42,349 nucleotides of DNA, taken from the NCBI GenBank assembly GCA_965369865.1, contig CBDURU010000019.1:1-42349 (forward strand), given 5' to 3'. The notes under the pieces were generated by a model. It did no database searches, was not told the origin of the DNA, and saw only the letters and a list, made by a program, of their open reading frames with translations. Positions 27,792-38,184 of the stretch are shown here, piece by piece. How positions within the stretch are numbered: the stretch's first letter is position 1; each line of letters opens with the position of its first letter. The translations under genes and the position numbers were made by a program. The DNA is from an uncultured bacterium. Its GTDB lineage: Bacteria > JAJVIF01 > JAPKYR01.

Positions 27792-28700
27792 ATGAATGCT
27801 AATTCACAACCTGTAACAAAGATGGGTTTATGTGTGCACCCCATAAGCGAGCTGGCACGGGAAGCGGTTATACGCCTGAAATCCCTGGCGTCCGATCGGG
27901 GTATCGAAATTATCGAGCTTGAGGCAGGGAGTCATGCACCTTTGGACTTCTCATGCGAGATTGTCGCATCAATCGGGGGTGACGGGACACTGCTTAACGC
28001 TGTCCGGAATGCTTATCCTTGTGATATCCCGGTTTGGGGAATAAATGTCGGCGACCTTGGATACCTGACGATTTCCAGTGTTGAAGAAATGGGGAGAAGC
28101 CTTGATCTTCTTTCGAAAGGTGAATACTGGATCGAAAACCGCACCATGATAGAGGCGACAGTTACTGGCGAAGACGGGCAGGATATTCGCCTTACAGCCT
28201 TTAACGATATCGTGGTTCACCGTCATGTTCCCAAGGGGGGTATGATCGTGCTCGATGTTGAGCTGGATAGACGGTTTCTCGGATCGTATGAGGCTGATGG
28301 CCTGATATTTTCAACTCCGACCGGATCGACAGGTTACAACCTTTCGGCGGGAGGTTCGATTCTCAGCCCGAATTTACCTGCATTTATAATCACCCCGATC
28401 TGCGCCCATTCGTTCAGCGCGAGAAGCCTGGTTGTTGATGATTCGAGTGTTCTACTGGTAAAACCGAAAATCAAGGCAATGGGCGACGTTGTACTTATTA
28501 CTTCCGACGGCCAGGAAATCGCGCAACTGGATAAATGCAGTCTCCGTGGCGGAACCGATGATTCAGTGGGTTGCGAAGTTGAGATCCGCAGGGCGGATCG
28601 AAGGGTCGGGCTTGTAAGGTTCAACGAAGTGTTCTTTTTCGATGTCATGCGCGATAAACTTGGATGGGCTGATGGTCATCCGAAACACAGGAACAAGTAA
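27792..28700 (+). CDS. nadK: NAD(+) kinase
   Basis: GGDGTLL, GINVGDLGYL, FND, DGLIFSTPTGSTGYNLSAGG. Adjacent to recN, a conserved synteny. Confidence 0.95.
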   Translation: MNANSQPVTKMGLCVHPISELAREAVIRLKSLASDRGIEIIELEAGSHAPLDFSCEIVASIGGDGTLLNAVRNAYPCDIPVWGINVGDLGYLTISSVEEMGRSLDLLSKGEYWIENRTMIEATVTGEDGQDIRLTAFNDIVVHRHVPKGGMIVLDVELDRRFLGSYEADGLIFSTPTGSTGYNLSAGGSILSPNLPAFIITPICAHSFSARSLVVDDSSVLLVKPKIKAMGDVVLITSDGQEIAQLDKCSLRGGTDDSVGCEVEIRRADRRVGLVRFNEVFFFDVMRDKLGWADGHPKHRNK

Positions 28701-28727
28701 TTCACCAGGCTTAACAACAGGTCTCAA

Positions 28728-30416
28728 ATGCTGAAGGAGCTTTTTATACGGGACTTCAAATTGCTGAGAGATGTCTCAATGACATTTCAGGGCGGGCTGA
28801 CAGCAATCACAGGCGAAACCGGAGCGGGAAAAACGCAGTGCCTGGAAGCGTTGAGGGCGGTTCTTGGTGGCCGGGTTGGGGATGATGCGATTTCCACAGG
28901 TTCCGCGATGTCGGAAATTACGGCAACGTTCGATATGAGTGGTCGTCCGGATGTGCTGGATGTTCTGAAGGCAGACGGCTGGCTTGATGCTGATGAAAAC
29001 GAATTGATTCTCGAACGGAGAATCGAGCGGGATGGTAGAAGCCGGGGACGGTTGAACGGTAGACGAGTACCGATCGGGGCATTGCAGGCGGTCGGGGACA
29101 GGCTGGTCGATCTCCTTGGACAGAATGCACGGGCCGATCTTCTCACGCGTCCCCCGCTTGAAATTCTCGATTCACTTGGCGATGGCAAGCACCGCAGGCT
29201 GGTCATTTCAGTAAGGGACATTTACGCAAATTGGCGGGAATCAGTACTTGCGTATGAAACCGAGGCAGCAGAGATAGAAACGGCGAGGGAGCGTAAAGAC
29301 CTTGTCGAGTACCAGCACGCTGAACTCGAAAACGCTAATCTTAGAGACGGTGAGGAAAAGAGGCTTACCAGGGAAGCAGAACTTCTTGAAAGTGCGAAGG
29401 ATCGGATCGAGGATGCTTTAAAAGCGACGACACTGTTGACCGGTGATGTTGATGACGATCGATGTGTCAGGGATGTGCTCCAGGAAGTCCTTGGTGCGGT
29501 AGAAAGGCTTGCATCGACTGATGAAACGATCAGGGATGATTCATTGAGGCTCAATGAAACAGTTCTTTTTATAGATGAGCTCAGTAATATATTGCGAAAG
29601 TACGCTGACGGAATTGTTGACGATCCGGAACAGAGGGCGGTCGTTGAAAACCGTCTCTCGATCATACATCAGCTCAAACGGAAATATAAAACCAGCGAAA
29701 GCGGCCTGATAGAACTATGCAATAAACTATCCTCGGAGCTTGAGAGGGTTAGTTTCGCGTCGGACAGGTTGAAAGCGCTTGCATCCGAACGTGACGAGAT
29801 TCGTGCAAAATACCTGAAAGATGCGATTTTACTTTCAAAATCAAGAACGAAACTGGCTAAGCAAATTTCCAGGGAAGTGATTAACCACCTTGCCGATCTC
29901 GATCTTCCTAATGCAATATTTAATGTGGTGCTTGAATCTAATCCTGATGATGAAAGCACCTGGCGGGCTAATGGTATCGACCGGGCAGAGCTCCTGATCG
30001 CAACGAATCCGGCGCAAGTTCCCGCGCCATTAAAGAAAGTAGTGTCGGGTGGGGAGCTGTCAAGGCTCCTGATAGCCCTGAAAACCGTACTCGCCAAACG
30101 CGACAGAGTGCCGGTTCTGGTTTTCGATGAGGCGGAAGCGGGTATTGGTGGGGAGACCGCGTATAAAGTTGTGGAAAAGCTCATTGAGTTAAGTGAGAGC
30201 CACCAGTTGATTCTGGTCAGTCACCTGTCCCAGATAGCATCCAAGGCCGACAATCACTGGGTAATCGAGAAGACATCGACTAAAAATAGCACGTATGCAG
30301 AAGCAAGGGATGTATTGGGTGAGGACCGGGTGGAGGAGATTTCCCGTATGCTGGGAGCCCGAGGCGACAAGGCGGCGCTTGATAAACTGGCGAGGAGTTT
30401 TCTAAATGACGTTTAA
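28728..30416 (+). CDS. recN: DNA repair protein RecN
   Basis: TGETGAGK Walker A, coiled coil, VSGGELSR signature, VFDE Walker B, SHLSQIA, RVEEISRMLG. Confidence 0.96.
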   Translation: MLKELFIRDFKLLRDVSMTFQGGLTAITGETGAGKTQCLEALRAVLGGRVGDDAISTGSAMSEITATFDMSGRPDVLDVLKADGWLDADENELILERRIERDGRSRGRLNGRRVPIGALQAVGDRLVDLLGQNARADLLTRPPLEILDSLGDGKHRRLVISVRDIYANWRESVLAYETEAAEIETARERKDLVEYQHAELENANLRDGEEKRLTREAELLESAKDRIEDALKATTLLTGDVDDDRCVRDVLQEVLGAVERLASTDETIRDDSLRLNETVLFIDELSNILRKYADGIVDDPEQRAVVENRLSIIHQLKRKYKTSESGLIELCNKLSSELERVSFASDRLKALASERDEIRAKYLKDAILLSKSRTKLAKQISREVINHLADLDLPNAIFNVVLESNPDDESTWRANGIDRAELLIATNPAQVPAPLKKVVSGGELSRLLIALKTVLAKRDRVPVLVFDEAEAGIGGETAYKVVEKLIELSESHQLILVSHLSQIASKADNHWVIEKTSTKNSTYAEARDVLGEDRVEEISRMLGARGDKAALDKLARSFLNDV

Positions 30417-30513
30417 GGCGGCTAACTGGCATGAAATCTTTACTCAGGCCTCTTTTTGTAATACTATAGATTAACAATTTTCATCATTATCAAAATAATG
30501 TAGAATCCAGCAC

Positions 30514-31122
30514 ATGGGAATTTTGCTTACAATCATTTTCGTTATCCTCGCTCTTTTATCGACATGGATGACCGCGACAGGGATTTTCCTGCTTATGAGC
30601 AAGCATGAGGAGGAGGAGGAGATGACCAACCTGTACGAGCAGGTTTACGGGTCGGTCAAGTCGGGCGACATGCCGCGTGCGATCCTTCTCCTTGAGGGTG
30701 AACCGGGCCCGATGGCGAGACTCCTGTCGAGTATTCTGACTGAAGCCACAAAATTCACTCCGAAGCTCAGGGTGGCGTATAAGGTCACCATAGAAAGTAT
30801 GAAACGCAGAAACCAGATAAACACGAACCCCCTGCGGATTATTAAAGTGGCTGCACCCTTGTTTGGAGTTCTCGGATTCCTGAATCCGGTAGTCGCTGGG
30901 TTTACAAGGGAGCCGTCGGCCTGGTTACTCGCGCTCTGGCTTTTCGTGCTGGGTGTAGCGATCGGGCTTATATCGGTGCTGATCCTGAACCTTGCGGAAC
31001 GTCGCCGCAACCATGTAATGGTTCTGGTCAGCGACCAGGGGCGCAAACTTCTTGTATACCTTCTTGGATCCGACAGTCCGCTTGCTTCCATGCGGGGAGA
31101 TGTATTCCCCGAAGTACAGTAA
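30514..31122 (+). CDS. Divergent MotA/TolQ/ExbB-like membrane protein
   Basis: N-terminal TM, GPMARLL, AAPLFGVLG (compare ExbB APLLGLLG), further TM helix. No ExbD partner nearby. Confidence 0.5.
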   Translation: MGILLTIIFVILALLSTWMTATGIFLLMSKHEEEEEMTNLYEQVYGSVKSGDMPRAILLLEGEPGPMARLLSSILTEATKFTPKLRVAYKVTIESMKRRNQINTNPLRIIKVAAPLFGVLGFLNPVVAGFTREPSAWLLALWLFVLGVAIGLISVLILNLAERRRNHVMVLVSDQGRKLLVYLLGSDSPLASMRGDVFPEVQ

Positions 31123-31335
31123 GCGGGATAATTCCGGGCAATATAACTCGCCCTGATAAATCTACTCAATCCGATTATTTTAGGTAAAAATGATAAGTTA
31201 CATCACTCGAGATATATAATTTCACATTATCCTTCATTGTTATAGCAACCTTATTGAAGGGTTAAGGATCATATTCTTAGGGTTGATGATGAACAAGCCG
31301 AAATGAATGGTAGAATATAATATTGAGGAATAATA

Positions 31336-32064
31336 ATGGGACCAAAAAATATAAACAAGGACATACCAATTTTTCTCGGGATTCTTGCCCTGATAATTTT
31401 CGGGCATGCCTGTTTTAATTACAATCCAGCATTGGCCAGGGGTCTGCCCCAGCTTTTATTGCAGGGGAATGGCGGCGGTTACGCCAGCGAACCAGTCAAT
31501 GAACGCGCGACCGACCTCGAATACAACGCCCGGCGTATGCTTTACCAGCTTGGGTCCGCTGAAGCCGGATATTCTGAGTACTATAACAGGGGGACTTACG
31601 CGTGGATCCAGAATCTCGTCAATGACGGGTACCTGCAGCCGAACGATAGCGGGGCGACTCTTGTTAACAGCTACAGCATGACTTTTTATCTTTCGGACGG
31701 CCACCTTGGGTTCACAATTGTAGCTGAATCAAACGATTTCGATCTCAGGTCGTTCCTGATCGATGAGAACCAGCTTGTGGTTCCGATTACCCCTGTTGTG
31801 ATGGAGGACCCTGATGAAAGCTGGACTTTTATCCGTGAATTAGAGTCCACGCTATATTACGACTATGGTGGTTATGATTATCTGAATTCACTTATGCTGC
31901 TTAACTACGACCCACCGCTCGGACTCAGATTGAATCGTGAGAGGACCGGGTACATACTTTTTGAATTCGCGGAAGCGGATGAGGTACTGGTACCCAATGA
32001 TGAGCTATTTTATATTTCCAACCTGACTTCGTACATGCTGGGCGATACACGTCCAGGTTACTAG
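31336..32064 (+). CDS. Hypothetical exported protein (pilin-head-like segment)
   Basis: RBS GAGGA, signal-like N-terminus. ARRMLYQLGSAEAGY...LVNDGYL...FTIVAE resembles pilin-like globular domains. Confidence 0.6.
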   Translation: MGPKNINKDIPIFLGILALIIFGHACFNYNPALARGLPQLLLQGNGGGYASEPVNERATDLEYNARRMLYQLGSAEAGYSEYYNRGTYAWIQNLVNDGYLQPNDSGATLVNSYSMTFYLSDGHLGFTIVAESNDFDLRSFLIDENQLVVPITPVVMEDPDESWTFIRELESTLYYDYGGYDYLNSLMLLNYDPPLGLRLNRERTGYILFEFAEADEVLVPNDELFYISNLTSYMLGDTRPGY

Positions 32065-32094
32065 AAAATCTGTTAATGGTTAAACCTCAAAATC

Positions 32095-32862
32095 ATGTCA
32101 TACTTCTGGCTCATAATGGTCTTGATTGTCCTGATCCTGATCGCGATCGATCCACGCAGCTTTGGTTCATGGAACCGGGAATGGTACGACTTTGGGGTCT
32201 TTGGCTATTTGCGTTCTGTCAGTGATATCGAAATCAGGAGCGAGTACAGGAGAAATGACTGCCAGCATATACCGTATGTTCACCCTGGTGAAATTCCCGA
32301 GTTCCCCGATCCGATTCTCGACCGTTTGATATATGAAGACTGCCTGGACGAGGCCAATTTCTATCGGATGAAACAGCTCCGGGCAGCACGTGATCGTAAG
32401 GACAATGCAGGTGTGAAATCGTACGAAGTGTATAAATTACGCATAACGGCCAGGAGGATCGAGCTTGAGGAAATCCACCGAAGAACAATGAAAGCCAAAT
32501 ATGAGAAAAATAAGAACAAATTTAAAATTTCAGCAAGGGATCCGTCCGATCCAATGGCGCTGCCTGATGAACTCATTGAGAGTAAGGAAATTCGAGAGAG
32601 GGTTCGGTCGGGATATCTTGAAATAGAACGGAAAGGAATTCTCAAACCGTCGGTAAAACGGGAATCTGGACTCGTACCGACAATGGTCCGCGATCAAGAT
32701 AAGGTGGTAGAGATTGGGATTGCGGATAAATCCGGTTCAAACTATCACTCCCCGGTATCTAATCGGGAGACTGTTGAATCTGAATCTGCAGTGGTTGCGG
32801 GAAAAGATGCACAGGAAGCCATGCAGGACGAGGATACTTTCGAGGACTTGATATCCATCTAG
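32095..32862 (+). CDS. Hypothetical protein with N-terminal membrane helix
   Basis: 255-aa ORF co-oriented with the upstream gene, hydrophobic N-terminus. Confidence 0.65.
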   Translation: MSYFWLIMVLIVLILIAIDPRSFGSWNREWYDFGVFGYLRSVSDIEIRSEYRRNDCQHIPYVHPGEIPEFPDPILDRLIYEDCLDEANFYRMKQLRAARDRKDNAGVKSYEVYKLRITARRIELEEIHRRTMKAKYEKNKNKFKISARDPSDPMALPDELIESKEIRERVRSGYLEIERKGILKPSVKRESGLVPTMVRDQDKVVEIGIADKSGSNYHSPVSNRETVESESAVVAGKDAQEAMQDEDTFEDLISI

Positions 32863-32899
32863 GTTCAGTCAAATAATTAACTCATAGGGTAGTAATGAG

Positions 32900-34063
32900 T
32901 CAAGCCTTCCTGGAACCGACTCCTTCTGATTCCATGGCCGGACCGCCCCAGCACTGCGTATTTTTCAAAGTTTCCCTGAGTAAACTCTCTGTGATGTAAT
33001 GTTCAATTGGCGGTCTCATGCCGATCCTGAACATGAGTTCATTGATTTCATCCTCATTGGCAGGATATACGCGGCCTGCCGGGCATGCAAACCCGAACTT
33101 TGTGACGAGGTAATCCGAGAGCCAGATTATGGCTGCCAGGTTATTGAACGGTTCCAGCATCGGGCAATGGTGCCTGCCAATCGCCAGTGAAATAATCTCA
33201 GGTAACCCCCACGCCTTAATAAAGACTTCGCCGACAACCTGGTGGTTGTAACCAAATTCATCAAATTCAACATCGATTAAAGGAGTGAGGTTTTCACTGG
33301 ATTTCTGCACAGCGCTCTTGAGTTTCTTACGATCGGTCATAAGCATGATCAGAAGGCCGATATCGTGAAGAAGCCCGGCTGTAGCAGCAACGTCCGGCTC
33401 AACCTTCCGTACTGAACGCGCAAGGTGCCTTGAGAAAATGCTGACGGCTGCCGCGTGCCGCCATATTACTTTCGGACCCATCCAGTTATTCTCGATTAAG
33501 GTTGAACCCCGGCCGAGTGAGTCCTCAATTACAAGTGACCGTACGGTGTCAATCCCGAGAAGCGTAATAGCACGCTGCAGACTTGTAACACTGGCATCAA
33601 TCCCGAACAGGCTTGAGTTTACCCATCTTAGCAGACGTGCAGCGGTCGACTGGTCCCGTTCGATTGTTTTCGCGATTTCCTTCGATCCGGTTCCCGGTCT
33701 CGACAGAATGGACAGCACGTCCAGGGCAACACTTGGAAGTCTTGGAAGTGCTTGTATCAGGTTGTAAAGAGAATTGATAGTTTCATCGGGAATATCATCA
33801 AGCACATGATATGACGAATAAATACTGATCTCGATACATTCAACATCCTGACTGGTTTCTTCAGCTTCTTCCGATTCTTCTTCTATGATTTCCTGAGATT
33901 CGATGACAGGGTCGACATTTTGCAGGAGCGTAATGTCAGGTGGCTCGTCATCTGCGTCTTTTTTAACATTAATAACGTCAGCACGGCTCTTAATGGGGTT
34001 CCAGGCCAGCAGCAAAAACCCGACCGCGAGGATCGTGAGTATTATCATTAACACGAAAGTCAT
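32900..34063 (-). CDS. Membrane-anchored HDOD-domain signalling protein
   Basis: LPRLP, IERDQSTAARLLRWVNS, SLQRAITLLG, WRHA, AGLLHDIG, HQVVG...WGLP...IGRHH. Start moved to ATG 34063. Confidence 0.9.
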   Translation of the reverse strand: MTFVLMIILTILAVGFLLLAWNPIKSRADVINVKKDADDEPPDITLLQNVDPVIESQEIIEEESEEAEETSQDVECIEISIYSSYHVLDDIPDETINSLYNLIQALPRLPSVALDVLSILSRPGTGSKEIAKTIERDQSTAARLLRWVNSSLFGIDASVTSLQRAITLLGIDTVRSLVIEDSLGRGSTLIENNWMGPKVIWRHAAAVSIFSRHLARSVRKVEPDVAATAGLLHDIGLLIMLMTDRKKLKSAVQKSSENLTPLIDVEFDEFGYNHQVVGEVFIKAWGLPEIISLAIGRHHCPMLEPFNNLAAIIWLSDYLVTKFGFACPAGRVYPANEDEINELMFRIGMRPPIEHYITESLLRETLKNTQCWGGPAMESEGVGSRKA

Positions 34064-34404
34064 ATTTTCAAATCCTAAACGTATTACATCAATAGTATCG
34101 CGTCGATGTTCAACAGTTAAAACAATAAATTGCCAGATTCTCAACTAATGATACGTTTTTGGTCAAAGTATGGGAAACAGAAAAGAATAAATATGCATTT
34201 ACTTACTTATTAATCTATTCACATTCAATAATAGTTCAACTGTTAGAGCCGGGTATATTCGGGGGCTGATGGAATAGTAAAACAGATGGCATTAATTATA
34301 TTAACTAGTTAAGAAAGGATATTAAATATATGGATGCGATTTTGAATCACTGTTCATGTTGTGATATGTTAAAATAGAATCTTGTGAAATAATTCGCATA
34401 GATA

Positions 34405-34433
34405 TTGACCCTGGTTATCACATCCACTATACT
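34405..34433 (+). promoter_or_regulatory. Sigma70-type promoter of the arsR-family gene
   Basis: TTGACC-N17-TATACT. Confidence 0.65.
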
Positions 34434-34470
34434 ACGGATATAGATACATCAATTTGCCACTGGAGACATC

Positions 34471-34842
34471 ATGGAAGTTATCTATTCGTCGGTAAAAGAC
34501 ATTGAAAGGCTTTACAAGGGACTGGCTGATGAAAACCGCATGAAGATCCTGTTCCTTCTTGATGAACTAAGTGAAGCATGCGTTCGCGACATTCAGCAGG
34601 TTCTCAGGATTCCTCAACCCACGGTTAGCCGTCACTTGGGTCTTCTTAAAAGAATGGGTCTGGTTGACAATCACAGGAGAGGTAAGTGGAATTACTACTA
34701 TGTAATTAAGAAGCAGCCTGAAATTGTAAAACAACTCATTCACAGTCTCACAAACCTGGATTCCTGCCGTAAGATTTTCAGGCTCGAACTACAGCCCCAA
34801 ATGGACAAGTTGCTGCCCAGACCCAAAATTCGTCGCGGTTGA
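34471..34842 (+). CDS. ArsR/SmtB family transcriptional regulator
   Basis: KGLADENRMKIL, EACVRDI, QPTVSRHLGLLK..GLV...RRGKWNYY. Confidence 0.93.
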   Translation: MEVIYSSVKDIERLYKGLADENRMKILFLLDELSEACVRDIQQVLRIPQPTVSRHLGLLKRMGLVDNHRRGKWNYYYVIKKQPEIVKQLIHSLTNLDSCRKIFRLELQPQMDKLLPRPKIRRG

Positions 34843-34867
34843 CTGTAAATTAGTTTCAAACATCAAA

Positions 34868-34903
34868 GCCAGGGCCCCGTTATACCTGGCAGGGGTTTTT
34901 TTT
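34868..34903 (+). terminator. Intrinsic terminator after the arsR-family gene
   Basis: GCCAGG...CCTGGC (alternatively CCCC/GGGG) stem followed by a long T tract. Confidence 0.55.
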
Positions 34904-35005
34904 ATTCAAACTCATATATAACAGGACATCCCAGCCAGACCCCCATCTGCTGTTGTAATGGTAGGTTAGTATGGTTTTTAGTGCTAATATCTGGCAAGAT
35001 ACGCC

Positions 35006-36223
35006 ATGATCCATATGTATCAAAAACGGTACCAATTGTATTTTTTATTCCTCCTGCTGATTATTAGCACACACAAATCACCAGCGGTCTGCCAGGACAT
35101 TCTCACAACTGAACGCATTCACCCGAATATCGACTATGTAAAATACCAGGTGGATTCTTCAGGTGAATCGGTTGTTATCCATATGGTCCTTGTTGAAGCG
35201 GACGCAATTCGTGACGGAGTGCTCATAATTGAGCCTGTCCCGGGTGGTGAAACTGTCGGGCAATGCGCGACACCATCATCGAGCGGACGTCGGTCCGGTG
35301 CTGTCGCAGCGATAAACGGGCCTTACTTTGCATCCGCGGGTGGACGAATATACCCTCTCGGTTTCATGATTCTTGATGGATTCCTGGCCCAGCTTGGAAA
35401 TCTTTACCGCCCGTTAGTAGGATTCGATCCGGAAGGAAATTTTCAAATTGACATCGCGCATCCAAGGGCGTTTGTCACAAGCGAATCATATTTCGATCCT
35501 GTCTGGCTGTGGGGGGTCAACACACCATGCGGCTCTGATATGGTGACGATGTACGATCGCGATTGGGGAATATCGGTGGGTCCACAGGTGGGCACGGTTG
35601 TTTCAATCGATCCTTTGGTAAGCGGTGAGTCCGATATATCCTATACATTATCTGGAATCCCGGACAGTGAAGAATGGTTTGGGGTAGTTACCGAAATTTC
35701 AACCAGAGATTCGCTTGAAATTCCCGAAAATGGGTATGCCCTTGTGTTCCATGGGAGGTCGGAAAGCTTCGTTGAGAGATATCAGCCGGGAATGAAAACA
35801 GCTCTTTACACCCTTGATCTTCCATCCGGTTGGGAAGAAATGTACTGGGTTGTGATGCTTGGCCCATGGTTCATTCATGATGGGCATTTCCAGGATTATT
35901 CATCGGAGACGAGTTACGGGAGCGATATAACCGGTCGGGCAAATAGAAGCGTGATCGGTTTGACCTGGAATGATGAAATCTTCTTTGCAGTTACTAAAGG
36001 AGCGGGATTAGATGTGATGGAATTGGCTGATGTTCTGATTGACTGCAATGTCAGGGAAGCGGTTATGTGCGATTCGGGCGGATCGTCGGGTCTGTGGGTG
36101 GATGGGATTGGAGCGATAGGCAGCCCGAGAGCGGTCCCGATTTCATTTATTGTCAGGGAAGCAACAGAATTTGAAAATCGTGAGTCGAAAATCAGGATCT
36201 GGGTTGATACATTGATCCGGTAA
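35006..36223 (+). CDS. Phosphodiester glycosidase (NAGPA) family exported protein
   Basis: Signal peptide, GAVAAINGPYF, IPENGYAL, NRSVIG, AVMCDSGGSS (compare NLDGGGS). Confidence 0.8.
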   Translation: MIHMYQKRYQLYFLFLLLIISTHKSPAVCQDILTTERIHPNIDYVKYQVDSSGESVVIHMVLVEADAIRDGVLIIEPVPGGETVGQCATPSSSGRRSGAVAAINGPYFASAGGRIYPLGFMILDGFLAQLGNLYRPLVGFDPEGNFQIDIAHPRAFVTSESYFDPVWLWGVNTPCGSDMVTMYDRDWGISVGPQVGTVVSIDPLVSGESDISYTLSGIPDSEEWFGVVTEISTRDSLEIPENGYALVFHGRSESFVERYQPGMKTALYTLDLPSGWEEMYWVVMLGPWFIHDGHFQDYSSETSYGSDITGRANRSVIGLTWNDEIFFAVTKGAGLDVMELADVLIDCNVREAVMCDSGGSSGLWVDGIGAIGSPRAVPISFIVREATEFENRESKIRIWVDTLIR

Positions 36224-36274
36224 TTGTATTATCTGCTGGAGGTTTCCCGAATTCCAGTGTAATTCTGTCATGCT

Positions 36275-37078
36275 ATGAAAGCAATCCTCGCCATAGATGC
36301 AGCCTGGACAACCAGGAATCCAAGTGGGGTCGCACTGGTTGTGCAATCCGATGGTGACTGGTGGTGCAGGGCGTTGGCCCCATCATATGATTCTTTTTAT
36401 AAAATCGCTGAGGGTTTCCCGGTAGACTGGAGTAAAAAGCACAGGGGGTCTGAGCCGTCACCATCAAAACTCCTTGAAACCTCGGCGAAAATACTTGGAG
36501 GTCAGCCTATCGACATTGTGACAATAGATATGCCGATCGCAACCGTTCCGTTTAACAGTCGGCGTGCGTCAGACAGCGCGGTCTCTCGTGCCTGGGGTTC
36601 AAGGGGATGTTCGGTGCATTCACCAACGAGTGAACGTCCCGGTCCGCTGGCTGGTCTAATCAGCAGGGAATTCATGCAATTGGATTATACAATCGCAACC
36701 ACGGATACACCTTGTGGAATGAAAAATACTCTTGTTGAAGTATATCCACACCCGGCGATTGTTACCCTCTTGGGTCTTAAATATCGTTTCGAGTATAAGA
36801 CACCGAATGCCAGAAAGTTCTGGCCTGATGCGACTATGGAGGAGCGTAAAGAAAAGCTCATGGTCAATTTCGAAAAACTACTTGGTAGTCTGAAATTGGA
36901 AATCAAGGGAATTCCTCTAACGCTGCCCCATTACAGTTCGATGAAGTACCTTTCAAGATTTAAAACCTATGAAGATGCCCTGGATGCCTTAGTCTCTGCC
37001 TGGGTTGGAATGAAATACCTCGAAGGTAATGCAACTCCATATGGCGATAGCACTGCGGCAATCTGGATCCCCGAATAA
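36275..37078 (+). CDS. DUF429 family protein (predicted RNase H-like fold)
   Basis: LAIDAAW...PSGVA, IDMP, LVEVYPHPA, EDALDA, YGD...IWIP. Confidence 0.85.
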   Translation: MKAILAIDAAWTTRNPSGVALVVQSDGDWWCRALAPSYDSFYKIAEGFPVDWSKKHRGSEPSPSKLLETSAKILGGQPIDIVTIDMPIATVPFNSRRASDSAVSRAWGSRGCSVHSPTSERPGPLAGLISREFMQLDYTIATTDTPCGMKNTLVEVYPHPAIVTLLGLKYRFEYKTPNARKFWPDATMEERKEKLMVNFEKLLGSLKLEIKGIPLTLPHYSSMKYLSRFKTYEDALDALVSAWVGMKYLEGNATPYGDSTAAIWIPE

Positions 37079-37119
37079 TTTTAAAGTCATTATTGCGGAT
37101 GTCCTGTGGTCGATCACTA

Positions 37120-37941
37120 ATGGTTGTGCAGAAAAATACTCAGGCAGTTGAAGCCTTGCCCGTTGGTACCGAACCTCCCAGGATCGGACGAGCACTGACG
37201 GTCGGGTGGAAAACCATTCGACAGGATCCAAAGGGCGTTTTACTGGTCACGCTTGGATTCATATTAATACTTGGGCTGATTTCTGCTGGCCCATTATTAA
37301 TAGTTATGCTAATTGATTTTCAACTGGAAGCTTTCCGTGCTGTCATTGCTTGCGTAGTACTATTTTTATCCGGCTGGGCGATGCTGACGTTTTTTATTGG
37401 GTATATTGGCTGGGCTGATGCTCGCAGGACAGGGCAACGGCCCGGTTTAAGTTACATATTTAAAACGACTCGTAATAACCTTTGGGACTCACTTCAGTGG
37501 TCGTTCAGCTACCTGATAATTATTATTGCAATATGGTTAACCGTTCAGGGCATAAATATGGCCATTCCCCCTCAACCCTTACCCGAAGAAACAGGTGGAT
37601 TCCGGGAAGTTCTTGGGATTCTGTTCAGCTCTTATAATCCTGTTAGTTTTCTACCATTAATTATTCTCAGGCCCCTGATTTTTATAATTACCGGATTGTC
37701 GGGCTGGGCGATTGCTAAAGGCGTTAAATTTAATGAATCTGTATTATGGGCAGTCAGGAGGATATCAAGTAATTTTTTCCTCTGGTACTTCTCGGGCGTC
37801 ATTCTTTTCAGTTGTGATGTGTTTGGGTATATCACATTATTATTGGGTTACATTATCACAATGCCTTTCGTGTTTATCTCTGTGACAGAACTCGCTTCGC
37901 AAGGGCCATCGGACGTCGAAAATCACCCTGAAGACGTTTAA
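37120..37941 (+). CDS. Hypothetical integral membrane protein
   Basis: Several hydrophobic helices. Start uncertain (TTG 37093, ATG 37099 or ATG 37120). Confidence 0.7.
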   Translation: MVVQKNTQAVEALPVGTEPPRIGRALTVGWKTIRQDPKGVLLVTLGFILILGLISAGPLLIVMLIDFQLEAFRAVIACVVLFLSGWAMLTFFIGYIGWADARRTGQRPGLSYIFKTTRNNLWDSLQWSFSYLIIIIAIWLTVQGINMAIPPQPLPEETGGFREVLGILFSSYNPVSFLPLIILRPLIFIITGLSGWAIAKGVKFNESVLWAVRRISSNFFLWYFSGVILFSCDVFGYITLLLGYIITMPFVFISVTELASQGPSDVENHPEDV

Positions 37942-37965
37942 TTAAACCACCAAACAAAAATCAAC

Positions 37966-37994
37966 TTGAAGATTTCACGAAAAAATGGTATATA
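37966..37994 (+). promoter_or_regulatory. Possible sigma70 promoter
   Basis: TTGAAG-N17-TATATA with extended -10 TG. Confidence 0.45.
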
Positions 37995-38000
37995 AATTGC

Positions 38001-38088
38001 AGTAGATCAAATAGGCTACTACGGGTTACCGGCTCCGAAGGGCGATTTGGTGTCGACCAGTTGAAGGGTAGGTGACCCGCTTTTTTTT
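38001..38088 (+). ncRNA. Candidate structured leader (attenuator/riboswitch) or small RNA
   Basis: Hairpin AGTAG/CTACT, then long stem CGGGTTACC (38022)/GGTGACCCG (38071) with an internal TGGT-gtcg-ACCA hairpin, then T8. Confidence 0.4.
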
Positions 38089-38184
38089 AGTCTTTTTAGC
38101 GCCAGGGTCTTTGCCCTCACTGGTTCAGGAAACCCCGGTTGATTTAATCCAGTTATGTGAGTACGATGATCATCTCACTTTACG

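Noticed and set aside
34471..34842. Arsenic or metal resistance operon
   Set aside because: The ArsR-family gene is monocistronic with a terminator, and no arsB/acr3/arsC genes are present.
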